Shown piece after piece: positions 1 through 19,791 of a DNA stretch of 64,000 nucleotides. Origin of the DNA: the human T2T-CHM13v2.0 reference genome, Homo sapiens. Within the stretch, counting starts at the first letter, position 1; every line of letters starts with the position of its first letter. The DNA is taken from the NCBI RefSeq assembly GCF_009914755.1, contig NC_060930.1; one strand, given 5' to 3'. Position numbers and translations under genes: made by a program. Below the pieces are notes generated by a model. That model was not told the origin of the DNA. It ran no database searches and worked only from the letters and a program-made list of their open reading frames with translations.

Positions 1-201
1 CTAATATTTAACAATGGAATATATTATTTAAATTGGCTATTTACACATATTTTATGCTTTACACCAGTCCACCTAAGGCTTGAAGTTGGTGAGAAGTATT
101 TAATACTAGATTAAAATCATGTATTAAAAGAAAACATGTAGGGAAATTACAAAGCATTTGATCCTGTGCATGATTAAGGATAACACCAATTTGATTCTAA
201 T

Positions 202-603
<402 letters not shown>

Positions 604-1224
604 TAACGCATTTTAGAAACCAGTATTTGTCAACATCTCTCAATACGGAGTGAGAGTATACATCAAAACAAAATTTAGTATAATACATTTTATAAAGTCA
701 ACACATGATTCAATAATAAACATCTATCTGTTAAACTGACACTCTCTAAGTGTAAATTTAATTCTCTATATTGAAAAGAATGGGTTTCTTGCCATTAATT
801 TATCTATTTGATGACTTAATGTGTATTAAACAAATAGTTGTTGAAGACATTCTAGGTGTCAAGCATGGTATTATATATCACACACACAAATAAATATAAG
901 AATTGTATCCTTTTGCAAGAAATTCACTGTCCAGTGAAAGGAGAGTTAAATAAGAAAATAAACATAATGCAATACTGGAAAGAATGAAGGAATCACTTGG
1001 TAGCACAATATGCTTACACCTAAGAAAAATGGAAGTAGAAGAAAAAGCTGTCTGAAGAGTGATATCTGAAAGAAGTCTCAAGTGATTTATTTGGAAAACT
1101 ATTTCTAAAAACTAGAATTTAGTTAAGAATTATAAAGAAAATTATAACATATGGTAAGAATTTTGCATAAAAATGTAATTTACAAAAGCGGTATCTTAAG
1201 AGCAATAAAAAATAAATTATCTTC

Positions 1225-1750
1225 CTTTTCCAGCCATAATGTTATAATAGAGACCAGATTTAACCTTCTGCTCTAAACAACTAGAAAACTGACCAGTACA
1301 ACTAAAACAAGGGTTTTATGTTTTGGACAACAGACTAGAAATGACAGTGAACTCTTTGATTACCCCATCATACTGTCTGGAGAAAGTCTCTGGTCTTCTG
1401 CACAGATTGTGGGAACACAAATGGAACATGGCATTCTCCATGAGTAGAGAAGATAGATTTGAGAATTCAGGAAGGCCAAAATAAATAGAATTTTCTGTGT
1501 ACAGTACCAGAGAAAAGTGAGTTGCAGAGGTCTCCAGAAATCTGCAGAGGATTAGCCTTAAGTCTTCAACTGAACACTGATCATAATAATTATGTGAGGA
1601 AACTATGGGGTTTGGAAAAAACCACCAGAAAAGAACAGACCCAACAGAAAACTGATAAGAATGGAAAGCATATAGCTGAGAAATGTGAGCAGAGGAAAGT
1701 AAGACCCATGATGGACAAGAAGGCCTAGGAAACAGAGCTAGTGAAGGAAG
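1225..1750 (+). mobile_element. Probable 5' fragment of an ancient L1M element
   Basis: gagaccagatttaaccttctgctctaaacaactagaaaactgacc resembles L1MC/MD/ME 5' ends. Heavily diverged; boundaries approximate. Confidence 0.4.
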
Positions 1751-1860
1751 ATGAACATGAAAAAGAGACCAGAAATTAACATCTAAAGGGAGGAGAAAAA
1801 TCAGTGAGCATAGTGCCAAGACCTTTCCCTAGTCAAACGTAATAGTTTAAAATACAGCTT

Positions 1861-7853
<5,993 letters not shown>

Positions 7854-10255
7854 TCAATTAGTTAAAAAAATATTTTCAGTTAAGCTGTGGTTGAATACAA
7901 GAACCAACCACTTCCCCATGTAATATTGATAAGCATGGAATGCATGAATCATAGAGTCTCAGGGTAAGAAGATTTGCTCCAAAGCTACCTTGAGTCAATT
8001 AATGGGATTCAGCTGGAAACAAAGAAAAACCTCGAGGGAGAAGTACCAGTTCTAATAAAATGCTCACAGTTAAAACAAAAATAAACAAAAACTGATATAT
8101 TCATTTCTTATGTTTTTAAAGTTCAACCAAACATAAAATTGGGGGCATAATTCCTGTGGGGTTAATAAAATAAGTACATTTCTTCAGCCAGTTGATGAAA
8201 AATATGTAATTTCATTTACAGCCCCTGTTGGTTTTAAAAACGAAGTGTTTTTCAAGTATACACAATGATACTTATATGCCTTCAGGTATAAATATTAAAT
8301 GATCTAAAAGAACACAATTTTGCTTTATTGATTTCAGCTGTCAAAATGATAAAATACAACTTTATTTCCTTCTATTACAGAAAGCTGGTCAGGCTTTTTA
8401 GAGAGTGATAGAGGCACTAGTATCAAAAGAAGAGAGAAAGTACATAGAGAAGATAAAAATGCATCCAATGTCTAACCAAAATGGTAAACTACTTAGGGAA
8501 ACTTCACCCAGAATAAGAGTGTGATTGAAAATCAAACAGAAAAGTATAGCACCTAGTCATAATCTTAAATCAAAAGAGTTATTCTTATCATCTGATGTTT
8601 CCAAATTATACACAGAATTTTATCCACATGAAAATATGGATTGAATTTTCATGTCTTGTTTCTTCAGGATTAAAATCCTTTTTAGAAAGTAAAACATGAA
8701 ATTTTCAAAGAAAAGGGAAAATAAAGAGCATGTTAAAAAAAGAAGACATTATTGGAATACAAAAGTTAATGTGGTTTCTACACTTGAAGTTTCTTAGAAT
8801 TGAAAACATAGAAAGGAGGGGTTAGATATTGCATAACCTCAAGTTGTTAAAGCAGGATGAGGAGTAAGGCTCTTAGGAAGGAAGAGACAGCTTCATGGCA
8901 GAAGCAAGGAGTCCAGGGAAGGTGGTAAGAACTGCCTCAGAGCATCAGCGAGCTAGTGAAACATTAAAACGTATAAATAGCAATTAATAAGATCTAGAGA
9001 AGCATTGGAAGCCCCTGGCTAAAGTATGGTCAGGTACACAGAACCACAACAGAGGCAAGAATGTGACCATGTTTAGAAATCAAATGTCAGAATATGGTAA
9101 ATTAGTCAGCAGTAAGTGAAGAAGTCAAAGGTATGGTACATAGTATTAAAATTCAGGACAAGCACCAAGTTTAGGTTTCAAGTACTCTAAGCTTAAGGAA
9201 CTAGACAGGTAGTAAATGAGTTGTGACAGCAGTTTATAAACTAAAGAGAGTATATGGAATTAAATTTAAAAACTGAAAATTTGGGGACAGGCTAACATTT
9301 AGGTGGCACTGTGACAGCAATTTATATAGATAAATTCATATAATCCTCAAAATGACTGCACAAAATTAGTGGTAGCCCTATATTATAGATGAGCAAACTG
9401 AGGCTATGTCATAGAACTTTTCTAAAGACAAAGAGCTAGTAAGTTATAGAATGGAAATTCTGAGATTTATTCACCTTCCAAGCTTCTGTCATATTACCAG
9501 GCACTGAAATTGAACAACTGAAGACCTTTAAAAATCTTGGAAAATGCATAAGGACTTTGAGCTAACATTTGCTTTAGTGTGGTAGCATTTACATCATCCT
9601 TGACTAGCCAGTGAAAAACCTGTAGTAAGTGATCTGAGAACAGTGAGAGTTCGCCAAAATCATGTAAGCAACATTGTGACTTGGCGATCAGTGCGTTTCC
9701 TACTTGTTCTTTGGAAGTAACTTCCACAATCCATCTTTTTGGAGAATGAGACTCATTTGTAATGAATATATGCCCAACCCCAGGTTTTTAGAACGTTAAA
9801 GAAGTGAAGTGACTTTAAAAGTCCTAAGTATTCTTCAGATGAGAAAATTGAGATTAAGACAGGTTAATATACTTAAAATTTTAAAAATAACATCTGTCCA
9901 GGGCCAGAGGGGGAAAAATACCAAACGAACATGTTGAGAGTGTCTTTGTTCACTTGTTCCCACTTAGATATTTATGGGGAAAGGTCTTTAGAAGACTGAA
10001 GAATATCAACACATCTATGGTGCTATGTATATTTATTCATGAAATTTTTGTCTGAATCACAAAAATCTTGTATTTCTTTTAAGCTTTCAAACAAAATAAT
10101 TTTATTTAAAAATAGTTTCTTATTTAAGAAAATTACTAAATTATGAAGAATATAAGCAATTGTTTTTCATGATGTATCAGCCTTGTGCTTAATTTGCCAT
10201 TAGGAGGAAACAATAATCTCTAAGAAAGCTAATTTAGTATTGTAGCTTTTTAAAA

Positions 10256-10682
10256 TGGATTGGATTATATTCCCCCAGTGACATGTTAAAGTCTCAACTT
10301 CCAATAACTCAGAATGTGATGTTATTTATAAATAGAGTTATTAGAGATGTAATTAGTTAAGGTGAGATTGAGACTGAATCCATTATGACTGGTGTTCTTC
10401 TAAAAAGGTGATGTGAAGACACACGGGGAGAATACATGTAACGGGAGGCAGACATTGGAGTGATGCAGCTACAAGTCAAGAAACATCAAAGCTTGACCAC
10501 CACCAAGGAAGCTAGGAGGGGGCATGGAGGGATTCTCCCCTGTAGGTTTCTGAGGAAGCATGACCCTGCTGATACTGTTTTTTAGTACAGCTAGACTCCA
10601 GAATTGTGAGACAATAAATCTCTGCTGTTTTGAGACAATCAGTTTCTGGTATTTTATTGTGGCAGACCTAGAAGACTAATAT
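10256..10682 (+). mobile_element. MaLR solo LTR (MLT1B/C-like)
   Basis: cagaatgtgatgttatttataaatagag ... ctccagaattgtgagacaataaatctctgctgttt ... agactaat follows the MLT1 LTR layout. Confidence 0.8.
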
Positions 10683-10911
10683 GTTACATTGTTCATCAAA
10701 ATATATTCACTATTCCAGCATTGGTGTCACAATTAAGACTTAGAGTAAATATAATCAAATGTCATGTCTTCAACATCCACCATCCTCTTTAAATATTTTA
10801 TTTTATAGTTCTGTATTTTCTAATCATTACCTCTGCTCTCTCTCTCAATCGTTCAAATTATATTTAAGTCTTTCCACTCCATTTTGACTTTGTTACATAA
10901 AAATGCACCCT

Positions 10912-10938
10912 ACACACACACACTCACACACACACACA
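10912..10938. repeat. (CA)n microsatellite, interrupted
   Basis: acacacacacactcacacacacacaca. Confidence 0.9.
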
Positions 10939-11379
10939 GACATATGCATAGAGTATTTCAGTTAAAAATCACTATGATCAGGGCATTCATAGCTTATGTT
11001 ATTAAATATTATAGTTAAGTAGAGTTCCTCAATTCAACGTGAAGATACAAATCAATTTCCAAGAATGAGTATAGATGCACAACACTAAACATATATTTTA
11101 GAATCAACACGACTTATCAACTCTTGGCAGATGCAGAAATCAGAGGTTCTTTCTGTGCCTCAGGGTTGTAATAAGGAATGTCATTATACACTTATCAGAG
11201 TTTCGCTTTATAATAGAGCTGTTGTTAGAGACAGTTTTATAGCTGATAAAAATTTCTGATAAGCCTACTTGTAGCGTGTCTAAAAATTGGTTTGCATTAT
11301 TTTCCTTTATTTGTCCTTAGAGGGTGGCTTAAGATGCTTCTCTCTGCTTCACAAAATTGATTATCAAAATAAAAATAAT

Positions 11380-12021
11380 CCAATGCATCAGAAAATTACA
11401 TTGACTCAACCTTCAAAACATATCCAGAATCTGACCATTTCTCAAGCTTTCATGCTGACAGACTAGACTGAGCCATGGCCATTTCTAGCCTGGATTAGGG
11501 CATTAGCCTCTTAACTATTCTCCCTTTGTGTATTCCTGCCCAAACCTCACACACACTGATCTGTTCTCCATAGTATAGCCAGAGTGGTCACTCAAATAAT
11601 TTCACTTCTCTGCTTAAACCCCTGGAATAAGTCTTTATTTCCACTCAGAATACAAAACAAGGTCTTAAAATTGCCTAAAATTATCAGAATCTCCTCTCCC
11701 CCATTATATATGTGACTTCATCCTCCACAAGTCTCTACCTTGCTTGCCTGCTCTTCCACACTGTCGCCCCTGATGATCCCAGAAAATGTCAATACATGCC
11801 TACATTAACACAGTACTGGCTTTTTGCTCTGTGGGCTTTTCTTCTCCCCTATAGCTACACAGCTAGCTCTCATCCTCTTCAAGTTGTCTTCGTCAAAGAG
11901 ATCAATCCTGATGGTAGAATGTAACAGTGTTGTCACTCACTCTTCAACCCAGAACTTGTGACACCCCACACTTGTTCTACTTCTACTTTTTCTTTTATCA
12001 CATTCTCTTTCTCTCTCTCTT

Positions 12022-12052
<31 letters not shown>

Positions 12053-12205
12053 TGTGTGTTTTATGCTTAGTGTTTATTATCTGTCTCTCTCCACTAGAAG
12101 TTAAGCTCCAGAGGGCATAAAATTTCTGTCTTGTTTTCTTGTTTAGCAATGTATCACTAACTATGGAGTCCAGGACATGGTGTATTCACAATAAAATATG
12201 CTGCT
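11380..12205 (+). mobile_element. L2 3' region with an embedded (TC)n(TG)n microsatellite at 12004-12059
   Basis: ccagaatctgaccatttctc, tagccagagtg, ctagaagttaagctccagagggca and the terminal caataaa are L2a/b hallmarks. Confidence 0.7.
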
Positions 12206-15200
12206 AGTGAAACATGGTTATTATGGAAGAACACATTTTATGATAATCACTATTACACTTAGGCGATAACACTGTTGAGGGGTTTAAGTAATATCTTAAT
12301 TACTGACATTAAATACCATTTCAAAATATTGCTGATTGATGCCTATTAAAGTGACAACTTGTCATACTGCACCACATGCTTCAAGTATAAATAGATTTGG
12401 GAGGCAACAGAAATATCTTTTCATTAATTTTCTATGTACAAGTGACTTACATTAGTAAACAGAATTTAAAAAGTCTCTGGAGAAGCAAGTTCTTCTCCTC
12501 ATTCGCAGAATTAGGTATGTTGGTCCTACCCATGGGCGAAAGAATGTGTCTCAGGTCTTTATTCCTGTTTTGATCCCTGCTCCCTTGCTTTAATCAATTC
12601 TGCCCTGGCCTTTCTCAATACCTGGAGTGAGAGATGCTCTTCACTAGAAGACCCAGCTAAGATCTGCCCTAGCAGGAAAGTCACTGAAGGCCTGAAGGAC
12701 AAAAATGATAAGCAGAACTTCACTTCCTTCCTCAAACAGTATATTGGAAGGAAAAATCCATGATATCTGGATTTCACACACTCAAATTCCAATGCCAACT
12801 CACTGGAACCTGAGCCAAGATAGTCTTTGCCTTTATATCATCTGGAAAGTTGTATAGAGACCAAATCTTCAACCCCAGATCATTCTCATGTATGAAGCAG
12901 GTATTAAATAAATGCCAGTTACTATTATAATTATCCTTGAAACCAGGAATTTTTGTCCTCATTTCAATGATTTCTAAAGATGCCCACTGAGTATCTGTGT
13001 TGTTTCTTGGTCAAACCATTTCCTCCTTATAAATGTCCTCCACAAGCCTTATTATCACTGGACCAGGTCACAGACAGGGTTATTGGCTTAGGTCCTCTGC
13101 TTAGAACATGAAAATGCCCATTCTCATTCATATTCTCAGTGTAGAACTGATATTAAGTCCTGAAATTCTGCTGTACTGAATCTTTGCTCAAGAACAGACA
13201 GCTCTTTCCTACGTGAATCCTGCTTTCTGGACATCTGGAATCAAGCACTATACTGGCCGGTTACTTTGAAATAAGCTATGATCTCTTACCTTTACATCTC
13301 TCACTAGCTGCCTGGAGTCTTGTGGTATCAAATCATTGACCTGTTCAAAGTCACTCTTAGCCATCATTAAGTTGATAATTTATTGGGATTACTGTATATT
13401 GAGCCACCCAACTTCTTCCTTAGGAACCAGGCACATTATATTTATTTATTTTTTTAAGTCCCAGGGTGTTTTCCATTCCTAGACTTCAACATTTTTATAG
13501 CTTATGTTGCTCTGTTCATAGAAGCTTTCATAGCTAAGCCTTCTTAACCTATATTAACTTGATAAATCTTTGTGACAATTTTTAAGATAGATGACATACA
13601 GCCTTTCTGGGATCTCCATTCTTACAGCAAAGCTTTGGATAAAGTATTATGTCTATTAACATATAACTCCTCCTGAAAAAGCCCAAATACTGCTGAGGGA
13701 AGCTAACAGAAACAACAAATGACCAAAGTCAAGGTGACATTGAGTTATGCACAATATTCTATAGGAGAAGGATAAAGGGAAAAATTAAATCTTCAAGGTT
13801 TTTTTCACAGAAGTCTTCCAATAGGCAGTGGCATTTGAATTGGGCCTTAGGACAGGAATTCTGATAGACTGGGCAATAAAGGGCATTCATGAGAAGGGAC
13901 TATGAGCACTGAAGTGCAGAGTTGTGCAACTGTATGACAGGACTGAGGAATAGTGAATCATAAAACAGGTTAGAAATGAGTGGTAGAGAATGACTTTAGA
14001 TGATGCAATCAAGGTTGAATATACTAGTTGGAATGCTTAGGATTTTAAACCTTTTCTCATAAAAAAGAATAACTCTTGTAAATTTTAAAATAGAGGAAAG
14101 AAAATAATATGTTTATGTGTATATTATTTTTTAAACCTCTGAAAATAATGTGGAAGGCGGAATAGAAAGACTAGAGACTAGAAATTGTCCATTTAGAGAG
14201 AACTGCATTATTTCAAGAGAGATCATACAAGCCAAAACTGGAGTTGTAATAAACAGACATAAAAAGCTGAATGAGAGAATTCCTAAATATAATTCATAGT
14301 ATTTTTGATAAAGTTTACCCTGAAGTTTAGAAATCCAGATGGATGTAAATTTCATATGAGAGATGAATCAGGGAAAAGGAAATATGGGTAGGGAGAGAGA
14401 TGAAGATTTTTGGTATTGGGAAGATTACAATTTTATCTCAAGTTTAAAGTATTGAGAGACTTACAGGTGAAACACAATAAATAGTACAAAATAAGAAAGT
14501 ATATATCTCTGCAGATATTTGAAGCTATGAGTGAAAGTGCAAAGACAAATTGCGGAATAAAGGAATAAGAATTGACTAAAGAATTAAAGATGAGTGGAAA
14601 GAGAGGAGGAAGAGAGAAAGAGAGTGATGGGAAACATCTAAGAGCAAATGTTGGAGGATTCTAACATTTAAGTGGTCAGCATGTGAAGAGGAGTCTGTGC
14701 ATAAAACTGGGGTGGTAGAGTAGGGAAGGAAATTACAAAATAGTGGCACCATGGACCGAGCTACATACAAAATGTTCTGGGCTGAGTTGAAAATGAAAAT
14801 CAGAACCATTTGTTCAAAAAAGTAGAGAAAATGTACCGTTACAGGTAATTAGATATAAAGTTTTTCCTTTGTTTTATGGTCTTTATCTAATCATTTTATG
14901 GTATTTTATTTGCTGTTTAATGTCATTCTATGTAAGAAAAATTTTCAAATATTGGCATAAATACTACCATTTATCTTTATGTTGCATAATGCCAGCTTTA
15001 ATGACAAATATAATTTAAGAATTAAACATCAAAATTACATAATTCATATTTCATGGTTCATACGTGCATGTTATTCTTATCACAACAGTGGAAACACTGA
15101 AGCCAGTGGCTTGTATAATGCCCTTACGTTGTACTCGAGTCTCACTGAGCTATTACATACTGTGGCTCCACCAAAAGTCAAGTCCTTCTGAGGTCACACA

Positions 15201-15463
15201 CCCCTGAAGCCCACACTGGATAGATCTAAGGGCTTCACGAAGGGCAGATAATGAGTGTCTACCACTGTCTATGTCTTTATGATAGGGCGCCATCAGAGTG
15301 GTAGAGAAGACAGGGACATTGTAACTTGAGATAGAACAATAGGATTAAGTAGGTCTGAAATCTGAACTTTTCTGAGTCCATTTATGGCTGATACTAAAAA
15401 CTTGGCCAGAAAAGTAAAATAAACCAAACTGAGAATTGTCAAAATTTACCCATATCGTTATAT

Positions 15464-16005
15464 CAGATGCTGGCAAGTTTTCCTGTAAAGAAGAACATAG
15501 TAAGTATTCTGGGCTTGCTATGTGTGACACAACCTCTGTCACAACTATTCAACTTTGTTGTCATTGTACAAAATTAGTCATAGATAATATGTAAACCAGT
15601 GGTCTCCAACCCCTGGGCCATGGATTGGTACCTGTCTGTGGCCTGTTAGGAACTGGGCTGCATAGCAGGAGGTGAGCCTCCTATCAGATCAACAGCCACA
15701 TTAGATTCTCATTGGAGGTGAACCCCGTTGTGAACTGCACATGTGAGGGATCTAGGTTGCATGCTTCTGATGAGAATCTAACTAATGCCTGGTGATCTGA
15801 AGTAGAGCAGTTTCATCCCAAAACCATCCCCTAGCCCCCCATGGAAAAACTGTCTTCCACGAAACTGGTCCCTGGTGCCAGAAATTTTGGGGACTGCTGA
15901 TGTACATGAATTGGTATAGTTATAGCTGTGTTCCAGTAAAATTGTCTTTCCAAAAACAAGGAATGGGTCAGATTTGGCCTGCAGGCTATAGTTTGCCAAT
16001 CCTTG
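15464..16005 (-). mobile_element. MER58A (hAT-Charlie) split by MER1B
   Basis: The left part 15464-15596 and right part 15908-16005 (gctgtgttccagtaaaa ... gtttgccaatccttg) join into the reverse complement of MER58A. Confidence 0.8.
15597..15899 (+). mobile_element. MER1B (hAT-Charlie non-autonomous DNA transposon)
   Basis: Termini cagtggtctccaacc ... ttggggactgctg; internal attagattctca and gagggatctaggttgc. Degenerate 8-bp TSD atgtaaac / atgtacat. Confidence 0.88.
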
Positions 16006-16937
16006 GTCTTTTTTTTTTTTTTTGCTTGCTATTTTTCCAAGGTCATGTACCACTGAGATGGGTATTCAGCAATGAAAATGAAAGTATTTCAAAACCAAAG
16101 AACTGTAGAATGCACAAAAAAGTTTGTATTATTAAACTATCACAATCACTCTACTGTATTCTCTATAGAATGTCAATAACACTATTCCATGCAGTGACTA
16201 GTGGGAATGAAATGCAAATAATGAATGATCTGGAATAGTACAAACTAGCACAACACAAAAGCACGGGGCTTTCATTTGTTAGGAAGGTGCTAGCAGATGT
16301 ACAGGAAAGAAAATGCCAGGATTTTACTTCTGATCTTATTGCTCCTGTGTGTTGGGTTTCAGCAGATACAGTTGGCCCTGTAGGAACACCAGCAGCATTC
16401 ATTGCTGGGTTAGTTCCAAATGAGGTTAATTGTATATATTTTAAGTAAGTTAGAACAAAAGTGACATTATATATTGTTACAAAAGATTCTGTCTTCCATG
16501 CAAATACTTCCTTGGCCACAGGAAAAGGGTTCTGAGTGACTTTTAATGTAGTAAAGTAACTTGGAGAGGTATGGTTGGAAGTGTCTACATCTTACTTGTA
16601 GGGTGGACATCTTCTTTGGTGTTTAATAGTTTTAATCAGAAGGAAAACTTTTTCCTTATTTGTTGGTTTATAAAATGTAAATATAGGAATGAGGAGTTTG
16701 AAAACCCTGGGACATAAACATTATTCAAAAAAAACCCTAGGATATAAACATATGATTCAAAATACGTAGAAAAGAAAAATGATGTTATTGTGTTAAAGAG
16801 TTACAGCTCATATTTGAACACTTCAGGGCCCAAATAAGCAAGCAGGCAAACAAACAAACAATCATAGTGGTGACTGGTGCCTGTCACAAAGTAGACCATC
16901 AATGAACACTTGAATATTGAATAAAATGATGTGATTA

Positions 16938-17230
<293 letters not shown>

Positions 17231-18367
17231 TGTGATTAATTCCACTCAATTTTTCTTCTAATTTCACTAAAACGTAAATAATACTGTAGAAATGTGATTA
17301 ATGATTTTAACATAAACATAATAATTTCATTAAAAATATGTAGATGGCATGTTTGGACATAAAATATATCTCTGTGTTCCATGCAAGATATATATTATAC
17401 TTTTTTCAATTGATTTCCTGTCAACTATTATAATGCTATGACTTACAATAATTTTCTATATGAATATATTTCTCAAAATTCTTGTAGTTTATTTTAATCT
17501 AACATGAATAAAATGATCAAATATGCTTTTTGAAATATTCTTAATATCTCAATAAAACACATATTTGCAAAAACATATTTTGTTCTGATAAAAAGTATAT
17601 AGTAATATGTAAAGCATGTAAAAAATAAAAGTAAATATTAAAAACAACATTAAGGTTCTGGAAGAATTAGGTTGCATATGTGTGGTGTGCATGTATACAT
17701 GTATTTAGAATAGGTTGTATACATGGTTTTACATTTTCTCCTATAGGAAGAGAGAAACAATTTTCCATGTCAGTATTTAATAAAGCCACCATATTATGAT
17801 AATAGTTGTTTTCCAATTTTTAAAATTTTAATATAATATTTAATATATCAGTAATAATTTTCTAAAATTGAAATTATATTTTAATGCTTTTAAATTTTTT
17901 ATTAACAAATAATCCTCCAGAAAGATGGTGACAACTTACTCTCCCACCAATAGAGTGCCTCCACTGTGACTTTCCTAATTCAGACCACTACAATTGGAAA
18001 AAAAAAGACTAACAAATAGGTAGTTAAAATTTGTATCACATTTTGAATTTGATACTCTGAGTTGCTCTTAATAATTTTTGAATATATTTTACTGCATATA
18101 GTTTTTATTTGCAAATTGTTTTACTGTTCTAGTGGTCAGCATTTTGCCATCAATTTAAAAGAACACTTAATAATCATATGTCTGTCTTGTAAGGTAAAAC
18201 ATGGCTGCATATATTTTCTTTAACGATGCTTAAGATCATTTTTTGGCTTAGAAAGGTATTACTTTTAGTTAATGTACTATAAAATGTACTCACTATCAAC
18301 ATTTAATTTATAATTTTCTAATTTTGCTTTCACAGTTAAAAATTTTCAATTTTGAGATTAAATAAAT

Positions 18368-18900
18368 ACTATTATTTGACCCAGCAATATCGTTACTGGA
18401 TATATACTCAAAATAAAATAGTTTTACTAAAAAGACACATACATTTGCATGTTCATTACTGCACTATTCATAACAGCAAAGACACGGAACCAACCCAGGT
18501 GTCAGTCAATGATGGACTGTATAAAAGGTGGTGCGTATACATCATTGAATACTACACAGCCATAAAAAGAACAAAATCATGTCCTTGGCAGCAATAGGGA
18601 TACAGATTGAGGCCCTTATCCTAAGTGAATTACCACAGGAATAGGAAACCAAATACTAGATGTTCTCATGTGTAAGTAGGAGCTAAACAGTGAGTACCTA
18701 TGGACATAAACATAGGACCAGCAGACACTTTGGACTAGTAGAAGTTGGGGAGGGAGCAGGTAGGGGTTGAAATACCTACCTATTGGATACTATGCTCACT
18801 ACTTGGATGATGGGATCTGTACCTTAAACCTCAGCATCACACAATACACCATGTAACGAACCTGCACACATACCCACTGTATCTAAAATAAATGTTGAAA
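18368..18900 (+). mobile_element. L1PA15/16-like 3' end fragment
   Basis: End of ORF2 plus 3'UTR: cctattggatactatgctcactac ... aaacctcagcatcacacaatacacc ... tctaaaataaatgttgaaa. Confidence 0.85.
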
Positions 18901-19453
18901 CTTTTATTCAGATCATTTAATGTTTTGTTTTGCAATTCTATGTGGTTATTCCTAACACAATTTATTTTGGCCTGAAACGTAGAGAACGAGTTTTCAAAAT
19001 AAAACAATGCATCAACAGAATTCAGTAAATAATCTTTCTCTATGGACTCACAATCACCCCTTGGATGTAGTTTTATATATAGCATGTATATCTAGACTTT
19101 CTATTCTATTTCCTTTTATCAGCATTTTCTGGAGCAATATAACATTTTAACTACAGTTTTTATGTGTTACAAAAACATACACATTCTCTTATTGCCCTTT
19201 CTATTCAACACTTTCTTGGTTATACTTTTGCACTTTCAAATAATATAAGTTCTAAGTATTATCTTATTTGGCCTTGTTTGGAATTTCTTTATACTTTTCA
19301 AATATTGTATGTAACATTAACAGCCTACATTTCTGAGTGCTCAAATTAATATATCACATGTCCATTTATATACTTTTATGGTTAGTAAATTTTACCTTTT
19401 AAATTGTTCTGTATGGTTTTAATAAGCAGTAGTTTGAACTTTTTGTTGCTTAA

Positions 19454-19791
19454 TGCTATGATTTGGATATTTGTGTCTACTCTAAAATTCATGTTGAAGC
19501 TCAATCACCAGTGCTGCAGTATTAAAAAGTAGGGTCGTTAGGAGGTGTTTAGACCATGAAGTATTCTCTCTTCTGGATGTAATTAGTGTCTGATAACAGT
19601 GCTTGATGGGGTGAGTTCAGCCCTTTTGGCATTTCTTCCACATGAGGACACCTCATTCTGGTGAAGAATGAGGAAACAGACACTCATTGAACTTGCTGGA
19701 ACCTTGATCTAGAACTTACCAGTCTCCAAAACTGAGAAATAAATACCCATTCTGTGGTATTTTGTAATATCAGCACAAATAGACTAAGACA
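19454..19791 (+). mobile_element. MaLR solo LTR (MST/MLT1A-like)
   Basis: TG...CA termini (tgctatg ... gactaagaca) with a perfect 5-bp TSD cttaa at 19449-19453 and 19792-19796. Confidence 0.88.

Noticed and set aside
1316-1819. 167-aa minus-strand ORF
   Set aside because: It has a non-ATG start, is Leu/Phe/Ser-rich as expected for the antisense of purine-rich L1M-like DNA, and shows no domain or splice context.
16163-16519. 118-aa minus-strand ORF in non-repeat sequence
   Set aside because: No recognisable domain, non-ATG start and no convincing splice sites; compatible with chance.
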